DNA of 64,000 bases from a virus. The position numbers and the translations under genes are program-made. Of this stretch, positions 34,579-44,025 are shown in pieces; positions within the stretch are counted from its first letter, which is position 1; the number at the start of each line of letters is the position of its first letter. The notes under the pieces were generated by a model that had not been told where the DNA came from, searched no databases, and worked only from the letters and a program-made list of their open reading frames with translations. The DNA is taken from the UHGV virus genome UHGV-1351068; one strand, given 5' to 3'.

Positions 34579-35585
34579 TATTCTAAAACCTCATGCCATT
34601 TGCTACGAATAGTGTTTTGAATTAAAGTAGTCAGTTCTTTCTTAACAGCAGAAGGATTATCAGCGAATAGCATGTCATGACCTTCACGAGCTGCTTCGTT
34701 AATGATATCTTTCATAGTCAGTCCCATAACTCGACCAAAATCTTTGGCAGTTACAGTACCAATATGAGACAGAACGTTACTTACACGGTTCCAGGTTACA
34801 TACTCGGAAAAGATTTCCAGAACACGCTTATCAGTATCAGTGAGTTCAACCTTAGCTTTAATAGGCTTATCAGATTTAGCTTTCTCGCTGAACTTAGAAT
34901 TCTTACACTTAATAGCTACACGGGTACCGTTATTAAAGAATTTAGGATTAACCGGTTTAAGAACATAGCCTTCAGCTACACCGGTTTCAGAAGAAGCCTG
35001 TGGACCGAACACATGTTTATTTGCATGTTCAAGGTCAGTCGTGTCAACAAGTTCATTATAGTAATTGACAATAGATTTAAAGTCATTTACATACTGAGAT
35101 AGCTCAGCGAATGAACCACGACCAAGCAGTGGAGCTAATTTAAGACCAAGACCAGTAGCAAACGATTCTACTACATAATCGTCCCAATAAACTTTTTCGT
35201 TACCGGAATCCGACAGGATATCAAACACGTAGAAATCTTTATCACCATAATCTACGCCCTTCTGAATACCACCGCCAGCAAATTCACCGAAGATTTGAAC
35301 AGATACTAAATCCATGGTGTTCAGCATGTTCTGCATCTTAACGAAAGAATCCTTGTACTTCTTCATGATAATCTCATGACCAAAGAAGCTTTCACCTTCT
35401 AAAATAGGACCAGTACGCTTAGCCGGAACGATTTCGGTAGGGGTAATAATCACACTGAAGTTAGTGCCATGAATTTTCTCACGAGCTACCCACTCAACAG
35501 TATGCATATCAAAACCAGCACCACGAATCTTCTCGATGAACTTATTGTTGTAATGGTTCTCGAGACTAGAATATTTTGCAAACAT
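34578..35585 (-). CDS. rnlB: RNA ligase 2
   Basis: 335 aa (T4 Rnl2 is 334 aa). N-terminus [19 protein letters not shown]. Adenylation motif EKIHGTNFS. Confidence 0.9.
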   Translation of the reverse strand: MFAKYSSLENHYNNKFIEKIRGAGFDMHTVEWVAREKIHGTNFSVIITPTEIVPAKRTGPILEGESFFGHEIIMKKYKDSFVKMQNMLNTMDLVSVQIFGEFAGGGIQKGVDYGDKDFYVFDILSDSGNEKVYWDDYVVESFATGLGLKLAPLLGRGSFAELSQYVNDFKSIVNYYNELVDTTDLEHANKHVFGPQASSETGVAEGYVLKPVNPKFFNNGTRVAIKCKNSKFSEKAKSDKPIKAKVELTDTDKRVLEIFSEYVTWNRVSNVLSHIGTVTAKDFGRVMGLTMKDIINEAAREGHDMLFADNPSAVKKELTTLIQNTIRSKWHEVLE

Positions 35586-35595
35586 TATAATTTCC

Positions 35596-35853
35596 TTAGA
35601 ATGTGATTTTCATAAAGTCAGTATCACCATTACGCTGGGCACTGGTATAATTTGTAACAAATCCTTCATCATGCAAATAATTAAGAACGTTTGTGATATG
35701 TTTCTTAACTAAACTGCTAGGATACATAATTAACTCACGTTGACCCGCTAAAGCGGTTTTCTCAATCTGGGTTAATACTTCTTCTTTTGCTGCTGATAAT
35801 TCTTCTGTAGCAACATTAATAGCTGTATTAGCCATTCTATCTGCAAGGTTCAT
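35596..35853 (-). CDS. hypothetical protein (start trimmed to [10 protein letters not shown])
   Basis: 86 aa from the internal Met, which has a GAGAGAA-type SD. Positional equivalent of T4 24.x. Confidence 0.4.
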   Translation of the reverse strand: MNLADRMANTAINVATEELSAAKEEVLTQIEKTALAGQRELIMYPSSLVKKHITNVLNYLHDEGFVTNYTSAQRNGDTDFMKITF

Positions 35854-35967
35854 AATTTTTCTCTCAATAAATAATATAAAACCAGGAGTACATCTATCTT
35901 GGGATAAGGATAATGGTATCAGAGGATTTCCCCTGAGCCCATTATACCACATCGATTTTTAAAGCAA

Positions 35968-36294
35968 TTAATAACCGCTCGGCACGAAGCGATACATGAT
36001 ATATCCGCTTTTAGTTAGCATGATTTCAAATTGACTTTTGCTTCCAACCTCAAGTACTAATGGAATATCTTTATCCATCAGCATCCAATCAATTTTTCCA
36101 TACCGTTCATTAATCAAATCCGTTATTTTACGTGCACCACTTTTATAGTAGTAAGAACTCTGAACAGCCATCATTTTACTAACAAATTTAGATGCAAACA
36201 ACCAGACATTTACCCCATTAGCAGCTGGCGTAAATTTCTTAGAAAGCATTTCTTCAAATCGTTCTACTACAATTGGGTCTACTTTAGACATCAT
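35968..36294 (-). CDS. hypothetical protein
   Basis: 108 aa ORF. ATGA overlap with the upstream HTH gene. Confidence 0.5.
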   Translation of the reverse strand: MMSKVDPIVVERFEEMLSKKFTPAANGVNVWLFASKFVSKMMAVQSSYYYKSGARKITDLINERYGKIDWMLMDKDIPLVLEVGSKSQFEIMLTKSGYIMYRFVPSGY

Positions 36295-36518
36295 AAAGTC
36301 CTCATGTGTTTAACAAGTTTCTTATGACGAGATTTTATACCAACGTTTGTTAAGCGTTTCCGATATACGACTTTTTCTTTTTGCTTAAACCGTTCGTGTG
36401 CTTTCTCAACTGAGACCCACAATTTAGCAGCTTCCGCTGGAGTGATATCTAATGCTCTCGCAATTTCTTGAAAATCTTTACCGCTTTCATGCATTAAGTG
36501 AGCTTGTAATGCTTTCAT
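36291..36518 (-). CDS. small helix-turn-helix protein, putative transcriptional regulator
   Basis: 75 aa. FQEIARALDITPAEAAKLW looks like an HTH (sigma region 4 / LuxR-like). Basic C-terminus. Confidence 0.5.
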   Translation of the reverse strand: MKALQAHLMHESGKDFQEIARALDITPAEAAKLWVSVEKAHERFKQKEKVVYRKRLTNVGIKSRHKKLVKHMRTL

Positions 36519-36544
36519 AATAACCTCATCTATGTGACGAGGAC

Positions 36545-36571
36545 ATAATAAACCAATCCGTGAATAGCAAA
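36545..36571 (-). promoter_or_regulatory. candidate MotA-dependent middle promoter
   Basis: Minus strand: TTTGCTATT (MotA-box-like) then 12 nt then TATTAT. The spacing is the same as at the gene 31 promoter. Confidence 0.4.
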
Positions 36572-36591
36572 AAGGGAGCCCGAAGGCTCCC
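36566..36591 (-). terminator. rho-independent terminator after hoc
   Basis: Minus strand: GGGAGC-CTTCGG-GCTCCC followed by TTTTTG. Confidence 0.7.
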
Positions 36592-36596
36592 GAATA

Positions 36597-37721
36597 TTAC
36601 GGATAGATAATACCTGCTTCCAGCGCAGTACGATGAACAATGTATCCATTTCTAGATTCTTGTACATCGACTTCTGGATAATCGTCTAGCATTTTAGCCA
36701 GAGTATATCGGTGTAGGTAATAATCGCTGTCAGGGTCGTCGAGTTTCCAATCTTTGCCCTCAACAGTCATTCGCTGGATTTCATCCATTACCCACCAACC
36801 GCACCAGATATAAGCTGTTTCACGGAACGGCAGAGGATGAATATACGGAAGCTCTCCGTTAGGAGTAGGAGCTACCCTTTTGGTAATAGTTACATTACCA
36901 GTTGTAGTTACTGTGACTGAGTTATAATCTTCTGCGGAAACCTCAACAGAAACCCCAATCACTTGAGACCCTATATCAGACGTGTCAATCACTAAAGTAC
37001 TAGTTGAACCTTCAACAGGGGAACCGTCTTTGGTCCATGAATAAGTTCCGGATGCACCTTCTGGAGAACCGATAACGTCGGCTTTAAAAGATGCATCAGA
37101 CCCCTGCTCGACTGTAATAGATTCAGGAGTCAAAGTAACTGAAACACCACTCATTGTCTTTTTAGTGATGGTTACGCTAGCACCTTTGCTTACAGTCACT
37201 GGATTGTAATCTGGTGCAGAAACTGTTGCTTCACAATTCAGAGTATAATTAGCCTCTGCTGACTCAGTTATGGTAATCGTTTTAGCAGTCTGACCTTCAA
37301 TAACGACAGTACCACGCTTCCAGACATAAGCAATACTTGCCCCTTCTGGAGCACCAACAACGTTAGCCGTAACTACCTGAGACTGGCCAATTTCTTTAGA
37401 AACAGAAGCTGGGCTCAAAGCTAAAGTAATCGCAGGCATAGTTTTGTTCTTAACTGTCAAAGTAGTTTCTGCTTCAGCGGTTTCTGCCTCACCCTCTGCT
37501 GGGGTAACAGTAGCAACTACTTTAACAGTCTTACTGCCGGCAGGTCCTGCAGCAACATAATTCATAGCTGCGGTAACAGAAGATTGTTTTACACCATTTA
37601 CTGTCCATACAAATGTTTCTGTGCCTTCAGCTGTGGCTCCAGAAGTTGTTGCAGTAAAATTGGTTGTTGCTCCAATGACTGCCGAAGCAGCCAAAGGAGC
37701 AATAGATACGCTATAAGCCAT
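36597..37721 (-). CDS. hoc: Hoc-like outer capsid decoration protein with Ig-like domains
   Basis: 374 aa (T4 Hoc is 376 aa). Three T/V/S-rich Ig-like repeat modules plus a distinct C-terminal domain (PYIHPLPFRETAYIWCGWWVMDE). Synteny inh-hoc. Confidence 0.78.
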   Translation of the reverse strand: MAYSVSIAPLAASAVIGATTNFTATTSGATAEGTETFVWTVNGVKQSSVTAAMNYVAAGPAGSKTVKVVATVTPAEGEAETAEAETTLTVKNKTMPAITLALSPASVSKEIGQSQVVTANVVGAPEGASIAYVWKRGTVVIEGQTAKTITITESAEANYTLNCEATVSAPDYNPVTVSKGASVTITKKTMSGVSVTLTPESITVEQGSDASFKADVIGSPEGASGTYSWTKDGSPVEGSTSTLVIDTSDIGSQVIGVSVEVSAEDYNSVTVTTTGNVTITKRVAPTPNGELPYIHPLPFRETAYIWCGWWVMDEIQRMTVEGKDWKLDDPDSDYYLHRYTLAKMLDDYPEVDVQESRNGYIVHRTALEAGIIYP

Positions 37722-37730
37722 AGGTGTTCC

Positions 37731-38525
37731 TTATTTTAAAGTTACAAATGAAGAATTACGTGTTTCACGAATCATAACAGACCCGTTTCTTTTGATGTAA
37801 TAGATTAAACTAAACAGTGTCTGGTGTGCTGATGGGTGTTCAAACGACGTTGGCCGAGATTTCCAGTCCGGGTTATCTTTAATCCATTGGTAAATCCACC
37901 ATGGAAGAGTAATATATCCTGGGTTCTTACCTAGCAATTGCATGTTTGGACTAAAGTTTTCAGGAAGCTCAATGATTTCGTCTGTTTTAATAATTTTAAC
38001 TACTTTGTCCATTGCTTTGAAAAATTCTTCGGGGTCCGTGATATTAACCGGAATATTGGTAACTTGTCCTTCATTATCAACATGAATAACATTTTCACCA
38101 ATAGGAGCTTCAGCATAAAATCCTTTATCATTGATAGAAGGAGTTTTTACTTCAAATCCAGGGTCATTTACCTTAGGGGTTTCTTTATAGAAACCTGGGT
38201 CAATATCATGAATTTTAATACCAACATTAACTGGAGCGTCAAACAGTAGTTTTGCCTCATCAGACGCTTCATCTTTAAATACTGCTTTACCCTCAATTTC
38301 ATCATCTGCTTGAATTAAATCAGCAATTGACAGCCCATCATTATCTTCTGGCATAGGCTCATCGGCCAATTTAGCCAGTTCTTTTTCTAAGTCAGCAACC
38401 ATATTGTCAAATGAACGGGTCTTTTTCAGTTTAATACCGAAAGTTTGGGCATACTCGTCGAGCTTATCTTTAGCTTCTTTTTTATCGAGTGCCTGAATTT
38501 CTTTAATATAGTCTTTATCTAGCAT
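37731..38525 (-). CDS. inh: Inh-like protein (positional equivalent of the prohead protease inhibitor), start trimmed to MLDKDYIKEI
   Basis: 264 aa from the Met that has a late promoter and SD. Acidic coiled-coil N-terminus. Tandem repeats DPGFYKETPKVN / DPGFEVKTPSIN / DKGFYAEAPIGEN. The call rests on position only. Confidence 0.45.
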   Translation of the reverse strand: MLDKDYIKEIQALDKKEAKDKLDEYAQTFGIKLKKTRSFDNMVADLEKELAKLADEPMPEDNDGLSIADLIQADDEIEGKAVFKDEASDEAKLLFDAPVNVGIKIHDIDPGFYKETPKVNDPGFEVKTPSINDKGFYAEAPIGENVIHVDNEGQVTNIPVNITDPEEFFKAMDKVVKIIKTDEIIELPENFSPNMQLLGKNPGYITLPWWIYQWIKDNPDWKSRPTSFEHPSAHQTLFSLIYYIKRNGSVMIRETRNSSFVTLK

Positions 38526-38545
38526 TGGGTGTGCCTCATGTAATG

Positions 38546-38570
38546 TATAAATATGATTGTATTTATAACT
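38546..38570. promoter_or_regulatory. interdigitated divergent late promoters for uvsW (+) and the inh-hoc operon (-)
   Basis: TATAAATA at 38546-38553 (plus). The reverse complement of TATTTATA at 38563-38570 is the minus-strand copy. Confidence 0.6.
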
Positions 38571-38582
38571 GAGGATAGTACA

Positions 38583-40085
38583 GTGCACGACATCCAAGTC
38601 AAATTTAAAGATTTTAGTCATGTTCATATTGAGTGTGATGACTCGATTTTCTATGAACTCAGAGACTATTTTAGCTTCGAAGCCGATGGATACAGATTCA
38701 ACCCGAAATATCGTTATGGACATTGGGATGGAAGAATTCGTCTGCTAGATTATAATCGTCTCTTACCGTTTGGTCTTGTTGGCCAAATTAGAAAATTCGC
38801 TGACCAATTCGGATATAAGGTTTATTTCGATCCAGTTATATTTGAGCAAGAAACTCTTTCACGGGAGGATTTTGACACGTGGTTAGCATCTAAAGAAATT
38901 TATTCAGGATTAACTAAGATTGAACCACATTGGTATCAGAAAGATGCTGTATATGAAGGACTAGTTAATAGGCGTAGAATTCTTAATCTTCCAACGTCTG
39001 CCGGTAAGTCTCTTATTCAGGCATTACTTGCTCGTTATTATGTAGAAAATTACGAAGGCAAAATTCTTATCATCGTTCCTACCACAGCGTTAGTTGACCA
39101 GATGATTGATGATTTTTGTGATTATCGTTTATTTCCTCGCAATGCTATGCTGGGTATTCGAGGTGGTACTGCTCGTGATTCGAATGCATTAGTTTATGTA
39201 TCTACATGGCAGACAGCAGTTAAGCAGCCTAAAGAATGGTTTTCTCAATTCGGCATGATGATGAACGATGAATGCCATCTTGCAACGGGTAAGTCAATTT
39301 CAACAATCATTGCGGGTCTCACCAATTGCATGTTTAAGTACGGACTGTCTGGTTCTCTTAAAGACGGCAAAGCTAATATCATGCAATATGTTGGCATGTT
39401 TGGTGAAATCTTCCGTCCGGTATCAACTTCTAAGTTAATGGAAGACGGACAAGTAACTGAGCTTAAAATTAATACAATCTTCTTAAGATATCCAGATGCA
39501 GCCGCAAACGCTTTAAAAGGCAAAACGTATCAAGAAGAAATTAAATTCATCACCAATGTTAAGAAAAGAAATCGTTGGATTGCTAATCTTGCTACTAAAC
39601 TTGCAGCGCGTGACGAAAATGCCTTTGTGATGTTTAAACATGTAGCTCATGGTAAAGAGCTATTCGAGATGATTAAAGCTGCTGGTCATGAGCATGTCTA
39701 TTATGTATCAGGTGAAGTTAATACCGAAACACGTAATGCTTTAAAGGCTATGGCAGAAAACGGAAAAGGAATTATTATCGTCGCAAGTTACGGCGTATTT
39801 TCTACCGGTATTTCTGTTAAAAACCTGCATCATGTAATTTTAGCCCATCCAGTTAAATCGAAGATTATCGTACTCCAAACTATTGGTCGTGTTCTTCGTA
39901 AGCATAAAGATAAATCTTTGGCTACAGTGTGGGATATCATTGATGACCTGGGTGTAAAGCCGAAGTCAGCCAATGCTAAAAAGAAATACACACATTTAAA
40001 CTATTGCTTAAAACATGCATTAGAGCGTATTCAACGATATGCTGATGAAAAATTTAACTACGTAATGAAAACGGTAAATCTATGA
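38583..40085 (+). CDS. uvsW: UvsW helicase (start set to GTG)
   Basis: About 500 aa. N-terminus HDIQVKFKDFSHVHIECDDS aligns with T4 UvsW MDIKVHFHDFSHV. Helicase motifs LNLPTSAGKS, DECH. SD GAGGA lies 7 nt upstream of the GTG. The ATG at 38553 lacks an SD. Confidence 0.88.
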   Translation: MHDIQVKFKDFSHVHIECDDSIFYELRDYFSFEADGYRFNPKYRYGHWDGRIRLLDYNRLLPFGLVGQIRKFADQFGYKVYFDPVIFEQETLSREDFDTWLASKEIYSGLTKIEPHWYQKDAVYEGLVNRRRILNLPTSAGKSLIQALLARYYVENYEGKILIIVPTTALVDQMIDDFCDYRLFPRNAMLGIRGGTARDSNALVYVSTWQTAVKQPKEWFSQFGMMMNDECHLATGKSISTIIAGLTNCMFKYGLSGSLKDGKANIMQYVGMFGEIFRPVSTSKLMEDGQVTELKINTIFLRYPDAAANALKGKTYQEEIKFITNVKKRNRWIANLATKLAARDENAFVMFKHVAHGKELFEMIKAAGHEHVYYVSGEVNTETRNALKAMAENGKGIIIVASYGVFSTGISVKNLHHVILAHPVKSKIIVLQTIGRVLRKHKDKSLATVWDIIDDLGVKPKSANAKKKYTHLNYCLKHALERIQRYADEKFNYVMKTVNL

Positions 40086-40324
40086 TTAAATTTGAAGATA
40101 TTTACGAAGCCACAATTCGTGAGGCTACTATCGATAACTTCATGAGTAAAATTAATGCTTGCCAAACCTTAGATGGTCTGAAAGAACTCGAGAAGTATTA
40201 CGATAAGCGCTCTAAAGAAACTACTCTTGCTGATTCTGACGACATCATTGTGCGTGATGCTTTGGCGGGGCGTAGACAGGCTCTTGAAGCCGATTCTGAA
40301 GATGAAGATGACGAAGACTTCTAA
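40082..40324 (+). CDS. uvsW.1: UvsW.1-like acidic small protein
   Basis: 80 aa (T4 UvsW.1 is 76 aa). ATGA coupling to uvsW. Acidic C-terminus. Confidence 0.6.
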   Translation: MIKFEDIYEATIREATIDNFMSKINACQTLDGLKELEKYYDKRSKETTLADSDDIIVRDALAGRRQALEADSEDEDDEDF

Positions 40325-40326
40325 TA

Positions 40327-40355
40327 CAAAAAAGCCCCAACCGAAAGGAAGGGGC
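40327..40355 (-). terminator. rho-independent terminator for the uvsY operon
   Basis: Minus strand: GCCCC-TTCC-TTTC-GG-TT-GGGGC (imperfect stem) followed by TTTTTTT. Confidence 0.5.
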
Positions 40356-40383
40356 AAAGCCAATTGGCTACATCAACACTAGA

Positions 40384-40551
40384 CTAAATTAAAAGCTGCG
40401 TTTCTTGTAATTGCTCTTCTGTGTCTTCAGTGACAGGCAATTCAATCGCATAATTATAGCAAGCTCCGGGATGAACCGGGCCTTTGTCTGTTTGGACAAC
40501 CAATGCTTCATCGATTGGTCCTTTACAGACGACACATACCGTATTCGACAT
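40384..40551 (-). CDS. small Cys-containing protein (positional equivalent of T4 uvsY.-2), 55 aa
   Basis: Hand-translated: MSNTVCVVCKGPIDEALVVQTDKGPVHPGACYNYAIELPVTEDTEEQLQETQLLI. SD AAGGAGA lies 6 nt upstream. Below the track threshold. Confidence 0.45.
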   Translation of the reverse strand: MSNTVCVVCKGPIDEALVVQTDKGPVHPGACYNYAIELPVTEDTEEQLQETQLLI

Positions 40552-40581
40552 GATTGTCTCCTTAGTTTACAGGTTTATTTA

Positions 40582-40998
40582 TTACGCGCCAGCTTCAAAC
40601 TGACGAAGGTCAATAATGTGCTTAATGCTAAAACCTCGTGACTTGATAGCATCCATTGCATCACTACAGAACTCCAAAAGAATTCCCCAATATTGCAATT
40701 TAGTATCTACACCCAAGATTTCTTTATCAGCGCTTAAAACAGTTTTCATTTCTGATTTTTCGTATACATCCATGCATACTTCACCACCAACCTCGCCACG
40801 GCCAGTGTAATAATCCAATCGTGCTTTAAGATTTTGCTTTTTGAGGGCATCTAATCTTAACATTTCTTTTCGACAAGTCGAGTGCTTACGCACCCATTTA
40901 CCATACAGAACAGGGTTATTAGCCGCTTCATACTGTAGTTTAGTCTGGTCGATAATCAAATCATTATCCAATTCATCCTGTAATTCTTCTAATCTCAT
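40582..40998 (-). CDS. uvsY: recombination mediator UvsY
   Basis: 138 aa (T4 UvsY is 137 aa). Synteny uvsW-uvsY-25. Confidence 0.88.
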   Translation of the reverse strand: MRLEELQDELDNDLIIDQTKLQYEAANNPVLYGKWVRKHSTCRKEMLRLDALKKQNLKARLDYYTGRGEVGGEVCMDVYEKSEMKTVLSADKEILGVDTKLQYWGILLEFCSDAMDAIKSRGFSIKHIIDLRQFEAGA

Positions 40999-41039
40999 TC
41001 TATCTCCACTCTACTGTTTCTTTGGAAGGACTAGTCCCA

Positions 41040-41450
41040 TTATACTCTACTGCTAGAGTTAGCATTACTACGCATCTGTATGCGTATACGCTCTAGCGTA
41101 TCAGGGTCGTCTACTATAGAAAACTGCACCGTAACAATTATAGCATTATCGTCATATAACGGAAGCACATCAACCGATAGACGATTAATCCTAGGCTCAT
41201 AATTACGCACGGCAGAGACTATATTACGCTTTATCGTATCACCAGTTAATGGAGTCATGTTTTCAAATAATTCGTTTGTGATATCACAACCAAACGCTGG
41301 GTCAAATGGCCGAGACCCCTTTCTGGTGGTTATTATTCCAAGAAGGCTATTTTTAACCGATCGTGCTCCTACCGTTTTTGACACATCAGTATCCCAAGCA
41401 AGTCGCATTTCTGGGTCAAGGTCAGAATATAGTTTATCAATATTGCTCAT
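41040..41450 (-). CDS. 25: baseplate wedge protein gp25
   Basis: 136 aa (T4 gp25 is 132 aa). LysM-like / gpW-like. ATGA coupling to gene 26. Confidence 0.88.
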   Translation of the reverse strand: MSNIDKLYSDLDPEMRLAWDTDVSKTVGARSVKNSLLGIITTRKGSRPFDPAFGCDITNELFENMTPLTGDTIKRNIVSAVRNYEPRINRLSVDVLPLYDDNAIIVTVQFSIVDDPDTLERIRIQMRSNANSSSRV

Positions 41451-42076
41451 GACATAATCTTAAAGAATTCTTTAAGCCCCTTAATTACATGAATGTGAGA
41501 AATTCCGCATTCACAAGTAATGGGAACTGCTAATTGAACCTGTGGCTTCAATAGCATATTTTTGATGTTAACTACATCTTCGGTTGTAATAGCAGAATAT
41601 AAATCATCGATTTCTGCATCGTTTAAATCATTAAAGTAAATCTGCTCATTTCCAACCACGATATAATCTATGCATTTTGATATCATCATTGGAATGTCTG
41701 AATCGTCAAAAAGACTCGGATACTTAAACTTTATCTTGAATCCCTTTAAGTCATACCAGAGGTCTTCTGGAGGATCGATTTGCGCATGTGTATAATTTAA
41801 TGGCACAGGAATTTTACGCCCACAGGTGCAATTCCAGGTCACCTCATGATTAACCTCGCCTATACTATGCGCCCAAAGTATAACTATAAGTAATTCCGAT
41901 TCCTGTTTGTTTAATTCAGTGGCATTAGTGCATTCTCTGAGCAATGCTTTAATGCATTCATCGATTGTGCCGTTTTTCTTCGCTGCAATTAAATTAGCGT
42001 ATTCTTCTAGTGTAAAAGCTCGGCACTGGATATTCTTGCCATTTATTCTTGTTTCAAATTTGTATGTGATGTTCAT
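41447..42076 (-). CDS. 26: baseplate hub protein gp26 (start trimmed to MNITYKF)
   Basis: About 209 aa (T4 gp26 is 208 aa). SD AAGAGGAG lies 5 nt upstream of the ATG at 42076. The track start at 42082 would be GTG with no spacer. Confidence 0.78.
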   Translation of the reverse strand: MNITYKFETRINGKNIQCRAFTLEEYANLIAAKKNGTIDECIKALLRECTNATELNKQESELLIVILWAHSIGEVNHEVTWNCTCGRKIPVPLNYTHAQIDPPEDLWYDLKGFKIKFKYPSLFDDSDIPMMISKCIDYIVVGNEQIYFNDLNDAEIDDLYSAITTEDVVNIKNMLLKPQVQLAVPITCECGISHIHVIKGLKEFFKIMS

Positions 42077-42096
42077 ATCCACTCCTCTTATTCAAA

Positions 42097-42108
42097 TATT
42101 TATAAATA
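42097..42108. promoter_or_regulatory. overlapping back-to-back late promoters for gene 26 (-) and gene 51 (+)
   Basis: The palindromic core ATATTTATAAATAG holds TATAAATA on both strands (plus 42101-42108, minus 42097-42104). Confidence 0.65.
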
Positions 42109-42127
42109 GTATAAAGAGGATTACCTT

Positions 42128-42886
42128 ATGGCCAATATAGTTAGATGCGAATTACCAGATGGTGTCCAACGTTTTAAGCCATTTACAGTAGAAGATTATA
42201 GAGACCTTTTATTGGTTAGAAACGACATGAACACCAAGTCTGAAGAAGAACAAAAACAACTTATAGCAGAATTAATGGATGATTATTTTCATGACCATCC
42301 TGCCGAGTATCGTCCTTATATATTTCTTAAGGTATTTCTTTCAAGTATTGGTAAAACTAAAATACCAGTCAGAATGAAGTGCCCAAAATGCGGAAAATAT
42401 AAGCAGTATCTTTTTAATCTTAACCAACCTCCATTGGTAAATCCAAAAGTAGAGGTTGCTGGATTAACGCTCAAGTTCAAAAAACCCATAGAAATAATTG
42501 ACGATACAGGTAAAATGATTTTAGACAACATTATATCTGTGAAGGATTCATCTGGGGAATACGCATGGAATGAATTGAGCGATAGCAATAAATTGACCGT
42601 TATCGATGCTATAGATGTTGAAACCTTGGAAAAGATTTTATCACAGATGAAGCCCTTTAATTTTGAATTAAAAACATCATGCTGTGATACCACGACAATA
42701 TTAAAATATGATAACATTGTCGATATTTTTAAGCTATTGCTACATCCTGACGAGATTTTCACATTTTATCAGATTAACCATAGATTGGTTTCTCAGGGTA
42801 AATACGATTTGAATTCTATAATGAAAATGCTGCCTATAGAACGTGGCATAACCTTATCGCTTATTGAAAAGGACCTTAAATCATGA
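42128..42886 (+). CDS. 51: baseplate hub assembly catalyst gp51
   Basis: 252 aa (T4 gp51 is 249 aa). Synteny 26/51/27. Confidence 0.8.
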   Translation: MANIVRCELPDGVQRFKPFTVEDYRDLLLVRNDMNTKSEEEQKQLIAELMDDYFHDHPAEYRPYIFLKVFLSSIGKTKIPVRMKCPKCGKYKQYLFNLNQPPLVNPKVEVAGLTLKFKKPIEIIDDTGKMILDNIISVKDSSGEYAWNELSDSNKLTVIDAIDVETLEKILSQMKPFNFELKTSCCDTTTILKYDNIVDIFKLLLHPDEIFTFYQINHRLVSQGKYDLNSIMKMLPIERGITLSLIEKDLKS

Positions 42887-44025
42887 CAGCACAAAGATTA
42901 GGATATCCTAATATAAGCATAAAATTATATTCTGGATATGATGCGTGGCTAGCTAATAGATTCGTTGAATTAGCAGCTACATTTATTACATTAACAATGA
43001 GAGATTCATTACGCGGGACTAATGAGGGTCTACTTCAGTTTTATGATTCGAAAAATATGCACACGCGTATGAACGGTGATGAACTAGTTCAAATATCTGT
43101 TGCAAACAGTAACACATCAAGAACGCAAACTCGAATTTACGGAATTAAACACTTTACAGTCGGTGTTGATGATAAAGGTGATAGCATTATCACCCTTCAG
43201 CTTGGAACGCTGCATGACATAATGAATCTCAAGTTCAGTAGAGCGTTTTTTAGTTCTGCATATGAAACTATAAAAGAAATGATAGGCGCGATATATGTTG
43301 ACCAACCATTGATTGCTCCTCCTATCAACGGAATTAACGCCTACGTCCCACGAGTTCCATGGACTAGTACTCTCAAAGATTACTTGCGATACGTTAGAAA
43401 CGTAGGCATTTCTACTGATAACGACCAATTTATTTTTGCATGGGAAGATATCACTGGGATTAACATGATGGATTATGAATCAATGATATCCCAGAACCCA
43501 AATGTATTCATGTTTGGAGCTCCTCAAACAATAGGTCAGTTTGCAGCAGGATTAAAATATCCATTGGCATGGGATTTTGAATGGCTTGTTAAATCAAACA
43601 GATATAATAGAAATCCCATGAAAAACGCAACATTTTATGCACACTCGTTTGTGGACAAAGATGTTACCCGAATTATTAATGGAGAAGGCCAAAACAGCGT
43701 ATTCATTAATAGGTCAGGCGGATATTCTGACATGATTTTTAGAAATGGCTATGAAGAAGCACTACGCATTTCTACGATGGCTCAATATGACGGGTATGCT
43801 CAAACTAAATGTTACGGTAATTTTGAACTAACTCCTGGAATGAAAATCAATTTTGTTGATTTAAAGGACCAGTTCAGAACTGACTTTTATGTAGATGAAG
43901 TTATCCATGAAATATCAAATAACACATCTATAACTAACTTATATATGTTCACAAATGGCTCTGCCCTTGAACCTGTAGATTTGATTAAGGTGAAAAATGA
44001 ACTTAAACGTGATTCTTCCTATTAA
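42883..44025 (+). CDS. 27: baseplate hub protein gp27
   Basis: 380 aa (T4 gp27 is 391 aa). ATGA coupling. Confidence 0.88.
   Translation: MTAQRLGYPNISIKLYSGYDAWLANRFVELAATFITLTMRDSLRGTNEGLLQFYDSKNMHTRMNGDELVQISVANSNTSRTQTRIYGIKHFTVGVDDKGDSIITLQLGTLHDIMNLKFSRAFFSSAYETIKEMIGAIYVDQPLIAPPINGINAYVPRVPWTSTLKDYLRYVRNVGISTDNDQFIFAWEDITGINMMDYESMISQNPNVFMFGAPQTIGQFAAGLKYPLAWDFEWLVKSNRYNRNPMKNATFYAHSFVDKDVTRIINGEGQNSVFINRSGGYSDMIFRNGYEEALRISTMAQYDGYAQTKCYGNFELTPGMKINFVDLKDQFRTDFYVDEVIHEISNNTSITNLYMFTNGSALEPVDLIKVKNELKRDSSY

Noticed and set aside
38553-38582. The ATG at 38553 as the uvsW start (track ORF)
   Set aside because: It overlaps the TATAAATA box itself and has no SD. The alignment to the T4 UvsW N-terminus begins at the downstream GTG, which has a well-placed GAGGA.
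40999-41039. The GGACTAGTCC palindrome and TATAAT-like hexamer between gp25 and uvsY as a separate uvsY promoter
   Set aside because: There is no MotA box or TATAAATA at the appropriate spacing. The palindrome's loop is too short to be a stable hairpin. uvsY is more simply read through from the 26/25 late transcript.
41100-41130. A TACTATAGA motif on the plus strand inside gene 25 that resembles the early-promoter -10 / start region
   Set aside because: There is no GTTTAC -35 at 17-bp spacing and no A-tract. It lies inside coding sequence with no downstream plus-strand gene, so it is a chance occurrence.
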